From: Candidatus Latescibacterota bacterium
GTDB taxonomy: Bacteria; Krumholzibacteriota; Krumholzibacteriia; WVZY01; JAKEHA01
Length of the DNA stretch: 64,000 nt
NCBI GenBank assembly: GCA_963736125.1
Contig: CAVTNQ010000005.1
Coordinates: 64,218-128,217 of the forward strand
Reading direction: 5' to 3'
The notes under the pieces were generated by a model, which saw only the letters and a list, made by a program, of their open reading frames with translations, was not told where the DNA came from and made no database searches. Below, piece after piece: positions 1 to 8,738 of this stretch (position 1 is its first letter; each line of letters begins with the position of its first letter). Made by a program: the position numbers and the translations under genes.

Positions 1-309
1 GAACTCGTGGATGTCTTTCTTATTGAGACGTTGGTAGTTCTTCGCGGTGTCCGGTGTCAGGTCCGTCGTCTTCAGCAGATGGATCGAGCACTCCCAACCC
101 GCCGCGACCAAGAGTCGCGCCACCACCAACCCATCGCCCCCGTTGTTCCCCGGCCCCACGAAGATGACCGCCTTCCCCCGCTCCGCACGCGCCGCGATCA
201 CCTTCGCCACCCCGCGTCCCGCCCGCTCCATCAACTCAATGCCCGGCACGACGCGCGCAATCGTCTCGGCGTCGACCTTCTGCATTTGTTCGGCGGTGAG
301 AACTCTCAT
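1..309 (-). CDS. nnr: NAD(P)H-hydrate epimerase (YjeF N-terminal domain), N-terminal part. The gene runs past the window start.
   Basis: Reverse-strand translation from the ATG at 307-309 gives MRVLTAEQMQKVDAETIARVVPGIELMERAGRGVAKVIAARAERGKAVIFVGPGNNGGDGLVVARLL. This carries the GxGNNGGDG motif of the YjeF-N family. The plus-strand ORF 7..1068 over the same DNA is an Arg/His-rich shadow. Confidence 0.6.
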   Translation of the reverse strand, partial: MRVLTAEQMQKVDAETIARVVPGIELMERAGRGVAKVIAARAERGKAVIFVGPGNNGGDGLVVARLLVAAGWECSIHLLKTTDLTPDTAKNYQRLNKKDIHEF

Positions 310-582
310 GATGTCTTCATACGTAGCACGCTCGATCAGTTGGGGCTTACTCCACCTAGTGTACTGAGTATAGACCGACCGCGACATCCTGCGCATGGAC
401 TTCCGAGTCACTACGCATTCCATCGCGCCACGCTGTCGTTGGAACTCCGGCGGCACTCGCATGTAGCACACGCTGAGGGACGAGAATTACCCCTCAAGCG
501 GCGCGCGGGCGTGATTTCCCGGGCGCCGTTCATACAAGGGATCAGCGACCGGAATGTCGCTTTTTTGCAGGAGGTTTTGGTC

Positions 583-1068
583 ATGATTCGCAAGCAGTTG
601 TTGGTGATGGCGTATGGCATCGGCCTCGCCGCGTTGGTGTCCATGCCGGCGTTCGCCCAGCAGGGCGCGCAACCGGCGGCGGCAAAGCCCGCATCCGCCT
701 CATCAACCAACCACGCCGGAAAGTCGGCTATGAAGTACAACGCCAAGACCGAGGTGACGGTCAGCGGCACCATCGAAGACATCAAGAGCGGATCGAGTTC
801 GGGCAGTTCGTCCGCTCCAGAGTCCGTGATGCTGAAGACGGAAACAGGCAATATCAACGTCGACCTCGCGCCGGCCGATTACTGGAACAAGAACGGATTC
901 GCCCTGACGAAGGGGGCCTCGATCGAGGTGACGGGCTCGAAAGCCCAGTCGGGCAACTCGACCGTCGTACTAGCCCGCACGGTCAAGGAGGGTGAGAAGT
1001 CCGTTGCCCTTCGCAACGCCGAGGGTGTTCCGGCCTGGGAGCACCACAGCTCTGCCAAGGCCAAGTAG
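583..1068 (+). CDS. hypothetical secreted protein (signal peptide, beta-rich)
   Basis: AGGAGG lies 9 nt upstream of the ATG at 583. The N-terminus MIRKQLLVMAYGIGLAALVSMPAFAQQ is a signal peptide. The stop is TAG at 1066-1068. I recognise no family. Confidence 0.55.
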   Translation: MIRKQLLVMAYGIGLAALVSMPAFAQQGAQPAAAKPASASSTNHAGKSAMKYNAKTEVTVSGTIEDIKSGSSSGSSSAPESVMLKTETGNINVDLAPADYWNKNGFALTKGASIEVTGSKAQSGNSTVVLARTVKEGEKSVALRNAEGVPAWEHHSSAKAK

Positions 1069-1132
1069 AAATCGTCGCGGAATTTCCGAACGGGCCCAGC
1101 GGTGCGTACGACCGTTGGGCCCGTCTGGCCTT

Positions 1133-1159
1133 CAGAAGCCTCCCAAGCGCAGGCTTCTG
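1133..1159. terminator. candidate bidirectional intrinsic terminator hairpin between convergent genes
   Basis: A perfect 9-bp stem (CAGAAGCCT, loop cccaagcgc, AGGCTTCTG) is followed by cacttgttctt. It lies between the plus-strand gene ending at 1068 and the minus-strand gene ending at 1197. Confidence 0.4.
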
Positions 1160-1196
1160 CACTTGTTCTTAGTTGAGGACGTGCATGAGAATGCGG

Positions 1197-2129
1197 CTAG
1201 TGCTTCTCGCCGCGAACCTGGTATCTGACTTGTGCCATTGCTTCCGCACGCGTCCGAGGACAACGAGCGCCCGCGTTGTAGATCAGACTGTCCCCGTCAA
1301 TGAGGAACATGCTGTTTCTACCAGCGAAGGGATACAGTCCCCATTCTTCTCTCTCCAGAAACAAGAGCCACTCCTGATCCACCCGGACCGGCGGCGTGTA
1401 TCGAATCCAGACGGGGATGTATTCGCCTCGTTGTGGAATGGCCATCGTAATGTAGCGAGCCGTCGCGCGCCCCTTTAGCACGTCACCGACTTTAACCGTG
1501 TAACACTTCGTCCTTCCTCGTTGGCCATCCTTCACGTATGCCGAGTCGCGTTCCGAGACGACGGTGCCGGTAAGGATCACATCGGCTTGTCTCGTCACGT
1601 AGCGTAGTGAGCCTCTTTCAAGCCGACTGCGCACGTCTCTAGTCGTCAGCGTATCGGGCGTCGGAAAGGGCGCCGATGGCCTAGGGCGCTTTATCCACCG
1701 GCCACGCCCGCCGTTCGCATAGATACCGATGTTCGGTCCACCCACAAAAGTTCGCTTGTCCTTCATCCATGACCCACAGAATATGTACTCGCGTCCCTTC
1801 ACGAGCCCATCGTAGTCAAAAAGGACGACCATGGAAATCTTCGGCGCATTCCAACTACCCCTGAGGACTGCCCACACCTTCACGCGAACAACGGAGCTCC
1901 TTACAAAAACTGAAGTCGTCCCAGGTTCTCCGCTGGAAATGTCGAACTGACTCGGTGTGACATTCTCGACCACTCCGCGGACAATAAGGTCGCTGATCTG
2001 GAGCGGATCTTCGGGTTCCAAGGCCGGATCCAAGGCCGGAATGACTTGGCTTGCACGAACATTCTCGAGTTGGGCAAACCAGAGCGCGGCTGCGACCGCC
2101 AATAAGACCGTCGAACGATGTACCCCCAT
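1197..2129 (-). CDS. hypothetical secreted protein (311 aa)
   Basis: The start ATG is the reverse complement of 2127-2129, giving MGVHRSTVLLAVAAALWFAQLENVRA (signal peptide). The ORF-track entry 1197..2939 is an over-extension through the HAD gene. I recognise no family. Confidence 0.5.
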   Translation of the reverse strand: MGVHRSTVLLAVAAALWFAQLENVRASQVIPALDPALEPEDPLQISDLIVRGVVENVTPSQFDISSGEPGTTSVFVRSSVVRVKVWAVLRGSWNAPKISMVVLFDYDGLVKGREYIFCGSWMKDKRTFVGGPNIGIYANGGRGRWIKRPRPSAPFPTPDTLTTRDVRSRLERGSLRYVTRQADVILTGTVVSERDSAYVKDGQRGRTKCYTVKVGDVLKGRATARYITMAIPQRGEYIPVWIRYTPPVRVDQEWLLFLEREEWGLYPFAGRNSMFLIDGDSLIYNAGARCPRTRAEAMAQVRYQVRGEKH

Positions 2130-2137
2130 TGGTGTTC

Positions 2138-2825
2138 TCACGTCACCTTGTTCAATCGATCCACGATATCCACGATCTCGAAGACGTCGTCGATGTCGTG
2201 GTTGGCGCCGCTCTCCTTGGCACCTTTGGTGTCGCCGTAGCGTGCGAAGACGGTCACCATGCCGAGTTGGCCGGCACCGGTGATGTCGCGCTCGGGCCAG
2301 TCGCCCACCATGATGGCTTGTTGCGGCGCGAGCTGGAAGTAGTCGAGCGCACGTTGGAACGGCTTCGGGCTGGGTTTGCGCACACCGGTGTCTTCGAAGG
2401 TGGTGACGAAGTCGAACATGTGGTGGAGCTGGAGATAGCAGAGTCGAAGCCACGCTTCCTTGCGCGGGGCATCGGAGACGACACCGAGTTTGATGCCGCG
2501 CTTCATGAGCTCGATCAGCGTGATCTTGACGTGGGGATAGAGGACGAGCGAGGCCTCTTTGGCGCGCCGGTATCCCACGATGCCGGCGGCCTGGATCTTG
2601 AAGTCGACTTGGCCGAGGAGTTCCGTCAGCGCGTGGTCGAAGACGCTCTGGAACTCGATGCCTTCCTTCTCGTAGACAGCGTAGATCTTCTTCTTGATCT
2701 CGGCGGGCGGGAAGCGGAGGCCCGCGTCCACCATGGCGTCGACGGCGGCGTCGACCGCGTTCTCCTTCATGCGCATGAAGTCGGTGAGGGTGTTGTCGAG
2801 GTCGAAGATGACGGCTTTGATCATG
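2138..2825 (-). CDS. HAD-superfamily hydrolase
   Basis: ATG at 2823-2825 gives MIKAVIFDLDNTLTDF, the DxDxT motif I. MVGDWPERD follows later, and the length is typical for the family. The ORF-track start at 2863 is a TTG extension. Confidence 0.8.
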
Positions 2826-2877
2826 TATACTCTCGCTCCGTGGTCGATCTTGGGTAGCTTCAACTAGCGGAATACTA

Positions 2878-3715
2878 ATGGAGAACCAGGACCAGAGCAA
2901 CACCTCGACGCCGCACGACGTCTTCACGGCGGTGAACAACTACTTCCTGTTGTTCTTCTGCGCGAGCTGTGTCCTGTCGAGCATGTACGTCCAGCAACTG
3001 TTCCTGGTGGCGGGTCAGAATCGCCTGGGGATCGGCGTGTCGGCGCTGGTCGGCATTTTGCTTGCCGGCGTTTCTCCTCTTGCGGCGCTTCCCGCGCGGA
3101 CTCCCGGGCCAGCTTCGCCTCGCACGCCCGCGCGTCCATCGCATGATCCTGGTCATCGTGGCGACGTGCGCGGCGGTCGTTCTGATCGATCAGATTTATG
3201 TGATCAACCAGCACTTCGCCCCGGTCCCCGAGGACTACGCGGAGGCGATCCGCGAGTTGAAGCCCACCACCGCGATCCAGTTCGTCGTCACGTTCATGGG
3301 GTTGTGTCTCTTGGTCCCGCTCGCAGAGGAGATCATCTTTCGCGGGATCGTCCAGCAGGTGTTCACGCGCAACATGGGCGGGGTGCTGGCGTTTTTCCTG
3401 GCGGGGGCGACTTTCGGCGCGGTGCACTTGAACGCGCATCTCTTGATATCGATCACGTTGTTCGGAATCTTCTTGGGCTACATCTACTACGTGACGGGCA
3501 ACCTCGCCTACACAATCGTCGCCCACTCGGTGTTCAACTTGGTCGCGTTCGCACAGCTCGCGTTCCAGTCGGAAGTTGAAACCAGCGCGCTCCCGTTCTA
3601 TGTGGCCGACGTGCGCTTCGTGGTGGGCGCACTCGTCATCTTCATCTTTCTCCTCTTCAAAACAAAAGAGGGAGGCCCCGAAACGGAGCCTCCCTACGAG
3701 TCGCTCGACGCCTAA
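2878..3715 (+). CDS. CPBP-family intramembrane metalloprotease (CAAX protease / Abi-like). Apparent +1 frameshift near 3070-3080.
   Basis: The downstream frame carries EEIIFRG, FGAVH and HSVFN, the three CPBP motifs. The frame from the ATG at 2878 encodes two TM-like helices (FLLFFCASCVLSSMYV, GVSALVGILLAGV) and then degenerates into Arg/Pro junk. One inserted base would join the two frames. The alternative intact start is the ATG at 3144 (MILVIVAT). Confidence 0.6.
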
Positions 3716-3725
3716 CGGTGTCGTG

Positions 3726-3959
3726 CTATTTCACGGACGTGCTGATGTCGCGTCCGACGCTGATCTCCCCGTTGTCGATTCGAATGTTGAATCCACAGTC
3801 CGGGTTGTTGCACACCCACGCCTTGTACGTTATCGGCGCGCCGTCACGACCGTAGTCCGATAGTGGCAGCAAGAGTCCTTTGTTGCACTTCTGGCATCCC
3901 GGGAAAACCTTTTCCATGTCCGCCCGCAGCACGAGGGGGGTTCGCGCTTGGGTCGTCAC
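3726..3959 (-). CDS. small zinc-ribbon protein (CxxC...CxxxxC), hypothetical
   Basis: The 77-aa ORF contains CQKC and CNNPDC. GGGAGG precedes a GTG start at 3959, and an alternative ATG lies at 3917. It is divergent from the CPBP gene, with stop codons 11 nt apart. Confidence 0.4.
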   Translation of the reverse strand: MTTQARTPLVLRADMEKVFPGCQKCNKGLLLPLSDYGRDGAPITYKAWVCNNPDCGFNIRIDNGEISVGRDISTSVK

Positions 3960-4076
3960 CTCCCTTTCATCACCAACCCCCGACCCACCGCGTCTCCAAT
4001 CAACTCAAATCGAATGAAGATGTTACAGCACTGTCAGGGGTGACAGAAGAATTATCCTCGGGTTTTACCAAAGGTG

Positions 4077-5039
4077 TCAAGGTATATGTGGCTCGATGGC
4101 GGCTGCGGCAACGCGATGCCCGTGCGCGTTCATGTGCCACGGGTCGTAGTAGGTCGCGCTCTCGATCTTCAGCCCCGCGGGCGAATACGCGCGAAACGTA
4201 TCCAGCAAATCCACCACGTCGAAGCCGTTCGCACGCGCCTGCTCGGCCAAACGCGCGTGCACGTCGCGCAGCGAATACTGGTCGAATCCCGCGTCCTTTT
4301 CGAAAATGGGGTGAATCACGAAGACCACGGGCACGCGGTGCGCGAGCGTGATGGCACCGATGCGATTGAGATTCGCTGCGATCTCCGGCCAGAACGCGCA
4401 ATGGAGGAAGGCGTGAAATTCGCTGGGGCAATTGCTCCCGCGGAACTTCTGCTTCACGCGGAACGCGAAGGCGTCGACCCGCGCGAGTAGGTAGGAGCGC
4501 GGGCGATAGTAGTATCGGCCCAGGTCGCCGTTGGCGTTGTGATAGACCGGGTGCGCGGGGTCGTTCAAGCAATAGCTCCATAGAATGAGATCGGGGTGGT
4601 AGCGGAAGGCTTCCGTCTGGAGCACCACGATCTCCTGCGACGTCGAATAGCCGATGAGTGCCAGAAGAACCACTTCGTAGCGACGACCGTCGTTGCGCGC
4701 GTTGAGTTCGCGCTCGAGCACGCGCCCGAAGGCGGAGTCGGCGTCGACGTCGCGCCCCTCCGCGACCGAGTCGCCGATCAACACGATGCGATAGACGCCC
4801 TTCGGCTTCTCGAACGAATGCTCGACGTCGCGATACCCCTGCGAGTTCGCACCGCACTGCCCGGGCGTGTACTTATAAAGGAGGCGCCGGTCGGGCGATG
4901 CTTCGGTGCACAGCCCGCGCTTCCCCATGGCCGCACGAATGCGCTCGCGCTCGTGGGAGGCCTGCGCGCGGAGGTACAACTCCGCGGGGACCAGCATGAC
5001 GAGCATGACCGCGACGAGGAGTAGAAGGTTTCGACGCAT
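4077..5039 (-). CDS. SGNH/GDSL-family hydrolase (membrane-anchored)
   Basis: ATG at 5037-5039 gives MRRNLLLLVAVMLVMLVPAELY, a TM anchor. Block I is IVLIGDSVAEG and block V is DPWHMNAHGH. This is the last gene of a five-gene minus-strand operon, 3 nt after the upstream stop. Confidence 0.7.
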   Translation of the reverse strand: MRRNLLLLVAVMLVMLVPAELYLRAQASHERERIRAAMGKRGLCTEASPDRRLLYKYTPGQCGANSQGYRDVEHSFEKPKGVYRIVLIGDSVAEGRDVDADSAFGRVLERELNARNDGRRYEVVLLALIGYSTSQEIVVLQTEAFRYHPDLILWSYCLNDPAHPVYHNANGDLGRYYYRPRSYLLARVDAFAFRVKQKFRGSNCPSEFHAFLHCAFWPEIAANLNRIGAITLAHRVPVVFVIHPIFEKDAGFDQYSLRDVHARLAEQARANGFDVVDLLDTFRAYSPAGLKIESATYYDPWHMNAHGHRVAAAAIEPHIP

Positions 5040-5041
5040 CT

Positions 5042-6841
5042 CTAGACGAACCGCGCTACGATGAACACGCCCACCATCGCGAACAAGAGGGCGAGTTTCC
5101 CCAGCGTTCCGAAGATGAAGCCGATCCACGCGGCGAAGCCCGCAAGCCCGACTCGCTTCGCATTGCGCGAGACGACCAGCTCGCCCGCAACCGCGCCGAT
5201 GAAGGGGCCGAGTAGGATTCCGGGTATACCAAAGAACGCGCCGACGGTGGTCCCGAGTACGGCTCCCCACACGGCGTACTTACTCGCGCCAACACGCTTC
5301 ACGCCGAGTGCTGCCGTGATCGCGTCGACGATGTACGTGAATGCCGTGAGGACGGCGAGGATTGCGATGGCACCCCAGCCGACGTATCGAAAGTTCTCCG
5401 CCCACGCCGCGACGATGAGTCCCGCAAGCACGAGCGGTGCGCCGGGCAGGATGGGCGCTACGACGCCGAAGAAACCCGCGGCGACCAGAACACCCGCGAG
5501 AATCCAGCAGCCAGACGGAATTGTCCATGCGAGAGAGGAATACCGGGTCGGCGCGTCGCGGGCGAAAGCGCCGCACCCTTCTGTCTTGAGCGTCTTCTTC
5601 TTGGCGGCCGGGAAGAGGATGTTATTGAGGATGAGCCGGTAGCCCGGCGACGTCGTGTAGAGCGACAGATCCGTCGGCGGATCGCCGACGGCGTGCTGGT
5701 AGTCCTCGGGGTCGTGGCCGCCGAGGAACGTGAACGTCCCGCGCCCGACGTTGCCGTGGAGGTACTTCACTTCGTCGTGCACGGCGTCTTCACCGAGAAT
5801 CACGACACTCTTCTTCACCAGCGACTTCTTGAAGCCGGTCGTTTGTCCCAAGAAGCCTTTGACGTAGCTCACGTGGTTCTGCGTCAGCATGGTCGGGACG
5901 GGGTCGTACTTGGCGGAGAACTCGAACAGCGTGAAGTAGTCGGCGTCGCTGCCGCGCGCCGAGGCGTAGTCGCTGGTGTCGATGTCGGAGAATTCGTACA
6001 CCAGCGGACTCGGAATCAAATGGAAGCCGGTGAAGGCGAAGCAGCGCTCGTAGTTCAGCTTGTCCTGGTAGCCCGGCGTCAAGCCGTCGTAGTCGAATTC
6101 CTGCGCAACGATGTCGACCCCGTCCGCGGCGAGTGCGATGTCGTACGAGTCGCACGCCGAGCACATCGCGAACAGGAAGCCGCCGCCCATCACGTAGTCG
6201 CGAATCTTGTTGGCGACCGCCTTCTTCTCGTCGGACACCTTGGTGAACCCGAGTGCCTTGGCGCGCGCTTCGGCGTCGCGCTGGTCGGCCTGATACCAAT
6301 CGGTGTTGCGATACGCCGCGTAGAACTTGCCGTACTGACCGGTGAAGTCTTCGTGATGCAAGTGCAGCCAGTCGTATTTCTCGAGCCCGCCCGACAGCAC
6401 CTCTTCGTCGAACACGCGCGCGTACGGAATCTCCGCGTACTCGAGGGCCAGCATGACGGCGTCGTCCCACGGCTGCTTCAAGGGCGGGCAGTAGATCGCC
6501 ACCTTGGGCGCCTTCTCCAAGTGGACGACGTCCATGTTGCTCTGCGCGATCTCGGCCATGATTTGCGCCACGTCGGAGCCCGTCACTTCCACGAAGCCGA
6601 CGTTCTTCAGGCGCGCATCGAGGACGATGTCGGCGGAGTTGGGCATGAGGAAACTTCCGCCGCGATAGTTGAGCAGCCAGTCGATCTTGTAGCCTTTCGA
6701 CAGCGCGCCGAACGCGAGCCCGTAGGCCTTGAGGTGATTGGTCTGTGTGAGGTCCATGGGGACCAGGATCTGCTGCGCGCGCGCGACCGGCGCTGCGACC
6801 AGCGCGAAGACGAACACCCATGAGAAGAGACTACGGCGCAT
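5042..6841 (-). CDS. hypothetical secreted protein with C-terminal DUF456-like membrane domain
   Basis: The signal peptide is MRRSLFSWVFVFALVAAPVARAQQ. A soluble domain of about 410 aa follows. The C-terminal roughly 160 aa are Gly-rich TM helices (GPFIGAVAGELVVSRNAKRVGLAGFAAWIGF), typical of DUF456. The start ATG overlaps the upstream TPR gene by 11 nt. Confidence 0.65.
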   Translation of the reverse strand: MRRSLFSWVFVFALVAAPVARAQQILVPMDLTQTNHLKAYGLAFGALSKGYKIDWLLNYRGGSFLMPNSADIVLDARLKNVGFVEVTGSDVAQIMAEIAQSNMDVVHLEKAPKVAIYCPPLKQPWDDAVMLALEYAEIPYARVFDEEVLSGGLEKYDWLHLHHEDFTGQYGKFYAAYRNTDWYQADQRDAEARAKALGFTKVSDEKKAVANKIRDYVMGGGFLFAMCSACDSYDIALAADGVDIVAQEFDYDGLTPGYQDKLNYERCFAFTGFHLIPSPLVYEFSDIDTSDYASARGSDADYFTLFEFSAKYDPVPTMLTQNHVSYVKGFLGQTTGFKKSLVKKSVVILGEDAVHDEVKYLHGNVGRGTFTFLGGHDPEDYQHAVGDPPTDLSLYTTSPGYRLILNNILFPAAKKKTLKTEGCGAFARDAPTRYSSLAWTIPSGCWILAGVLVAAGFFGVVAPILPGAPLVLAGLIVAAWAENFRYVGWGAIAILAVLTAFTYIVDAITAALGVKRVGASKYAVWGAVLGTTVGAFFGIPGILLGPFIGAVAGELVVSRNAKRVGLAGFAAWIGFIFGTLGKLALLFAMVGVFIVARFV

Positions 6842-8738
6842 AAGACCCCTTCACCAGTGTGCGCACGCGCGTCACGTCGCGACGCACGTCGTCGAGCATC
6901 GCGTAATCCGGGTACGTGAGCAGAATTTGTTCATACTCCTTGAGTGCGTCCTCGTAGCGACCGAGCCCCACTTCGTACACGCGCCCGATGTCGCGCGTCA
7001 CCTCGGCGCACTCGTCGTTCTTCGGGTAATCCTTTAGATAGGTCTGCAGTGCCCCCAACGACGCGTCGAAGCTGCCCTGGTCGAAGAACAGCAAGCCCAG
7101 TCGCTGGAGCGCGCGCGGCCGCAGCGGGTCGTGCGCTTCGCGCGCCACGATCGACTGAAGCTTCGACACCATCACGGTGGTGTCGCCGACCATCGACGCC
7201 TTGTCGGCCGCCACGAAGTCGTCGAGCGAGCCCGACTTGAGCATCAAGCCTTCTTCGATCACCCAGGCCGCTTCGATGGCGTCGTTGGTGAACGACGACC
7301 CGGGGTTGCCTTCGGCGAGGGAGGTCAACGTGTCCTTCGCGAGCTCGTACTTCTGTTGTGTGGCGAGATAGAGCCCCGTGTAGTACTGCCCCGCTTGCGC
7401 GAGCTCGGCGTTGCCGGCCAGCGAAAGCTGCGCCAGATAACTCTCGGCGTCCTTGGCGCGATTGGTTCCGATGAACACACGCGCGATGCGCCCCGCGTAC
7501 TCCGCGCCCAGGCGTCGCGAGTTGACGGCACCCGAGCGGTATGCGTTGAGCGCGTCGTCGGGGCGCTTGAGCTTCAGCAAGAGGACGTCGCCGCGCTCGA
7601 TGTACGCGCGCTCGGCCAGGTCCGACCCGCCGAAGTGCTTGGACACGTCGGCGTACTCCGCGACGGCACGTTCCAGATACGCGGTTCGATCCGCCGCCGA
7701 AAGCGCGGGGTTGGCACCCGAGCCGTATTCCGCGTAGATGCCGGCCAGCGCGAACATCGCGCGATCGAGGCCGGGTGCCCCCGGGTGATCCTTCACGTAC
7801 GACTCCGACGAGCGCAGCGCCAAGTCGAGGTAGCGCGCACGACCGTCGCGCGGCTGTGTGTCGGCGCGAGAGAGCGCTTCTTCGGTGAGCACCAGCAACG
7901 ACGCGCCGTCGGAAGCCGGGTCTTCGTCGGCCCGCAGCGCCATCTCGAGCGAATTCTCCAGCTGGCCCTTCTCCAAGTAGTACGCGGCCAGCACGTCGGC
8001 CGCGGCGAAGCTGCCGGCGTTCTTCGTGTCCACGCGCGTCTTCAAGTACGCCACGACAGACGCTTCGTCGCGTCCGGAATCGCGCAAGACTTCCAGCATC
8101 TTCTCGCGTGCGAACCGGTACGAGCGCGCGTCGGTGGCGGCGTAGTTGAAGTATTCGTCCATGGCGTGCTTGGGGTCGCCCGCCTGTTTGTAGAGACTCG
8201 CGATCTCGAGGGTGAGCACCGCGTTCTTCTTCGACTTGGCGCGGCCTTGCTCGAGGATCGTGATGGCTTCGTCGACGCGGCCCAGATCGCGCAACGCACT
8301 CGCGACCATCTTGTACGCGCCCACACTGTAGTTGTTGGCCTGCAGCAAGCGATCGAAGATCTGCATCGCTTCGCGCTCTTTGCCGTTGCCGAAGTAGATC
8401 GACCCGAGGGCCTTGCCGGCGTCGAGGTTGAGCGGGTTGGCGTCGAGTGCGGCCTTGTAGTAGTACGCGGCCGAATCGGCGTTGCCCACCACCTGCATGC
8501 CGTAGCCCAAGCGCGCGAGGATGTCGTCGCGACCGGGATAGCGCGCGTTGAGTTGCCGAAGGAGCGTGATGCCGGCTTGCGGATTGACCGCGAGGAGGCG
8601 CGTGGCTTCGAGCACGTCGCCGCTGACACTCAAGGCGTCGGTCGGGAACGGCTGCTGCGGGCGCTGTTCCTGCGCGAAGGCACTCACGACGGCGACGGTA
8701 CCCGCGAAGAGGCTGGCAATGACGACGTGCGCGCGCAC
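6831..8738 (-). CDS. TPR-repeat secreted protein
   Basis: The signal peptide is MRAHVVIASLFAGTVAVVSAFAQE. The 635-aa product has multiple TPR-like helical repeats (e.g. AAYYYKAALDANPLNLDAGKALGSIYF). It is adjacent to the DUF4175-like gene. Confidence 0.75.
   Translation of the reverse strand: MRAHVVIASLFAGTVAVVSAFAQEQRPQQPFPTDALSVSGDVLEATRLLAVNPQAGITLLRQLNARYPGRDDILARLGYGMQVVGNADSAAYYYKAALDANPLNLDAGKALGSIYFGNGKEREAMQIFDRLLQANNYSVGAYKMVASALRDLGRVDEAITILEQGRAKSKKNAVLTLEIASLYKQAGDPKHAMDEYFNYAATDARSYRFAREKMLEVLRDSGRDEASVVAYLKTRVDTKNAGSFAAADVLAAYYLEKGQLENSLEMALRADEDPASDGASLLVLTEEALSRADTQPRDGRARYLDLALRSSESYVKDHPGAPGLDRAMFALAGIYAEYGSGANPALSAADRTAYLERAVAEYADVSKHFGGSDLAERAYIERGDVLLLKLKRPDDALNAYRSGAVNSRRLGAEYAGRIARVFIGTNRAKDAESYLAQLSLAGNAELAQAGQYYTGLYLATQQKYELAKDTLTSLAEGNPGSSFTNDAIEAAWVIEEGLMLKSGSLDDFVAADKASMVGDTTVMVSKLQSIVAREAHDPLRPRALQRLGLLFFDQGSFDASLGALQTYLKDYPKNDECAEVTRDIGRVYEVGLGRYEDALKEYEQILLTYPDYAMLDDVRRDVTRVRTLVKGSYAP

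Noticed and set aside
7-1068. 353-aa plus-strand ORF spanning the first kilobase
   Set aside because: Its first roughly 190 codons are Arg/His/Pro-rich shadow of the minus-strand nnr gene, which carries the YjeF-N motif GPGNNGGDG. Only the segment from the ATG at 583 onward (signal peptide, AGGAGG SD) looks like a real gene.
3960-4076. Small palindrome CTGTCA-GGGG-TGACAG downstream of the five-gene operon as its terminator
   Set aside because: The stem is only 6 bp and the following tract is only weakly U-rich. It is too weak to call.
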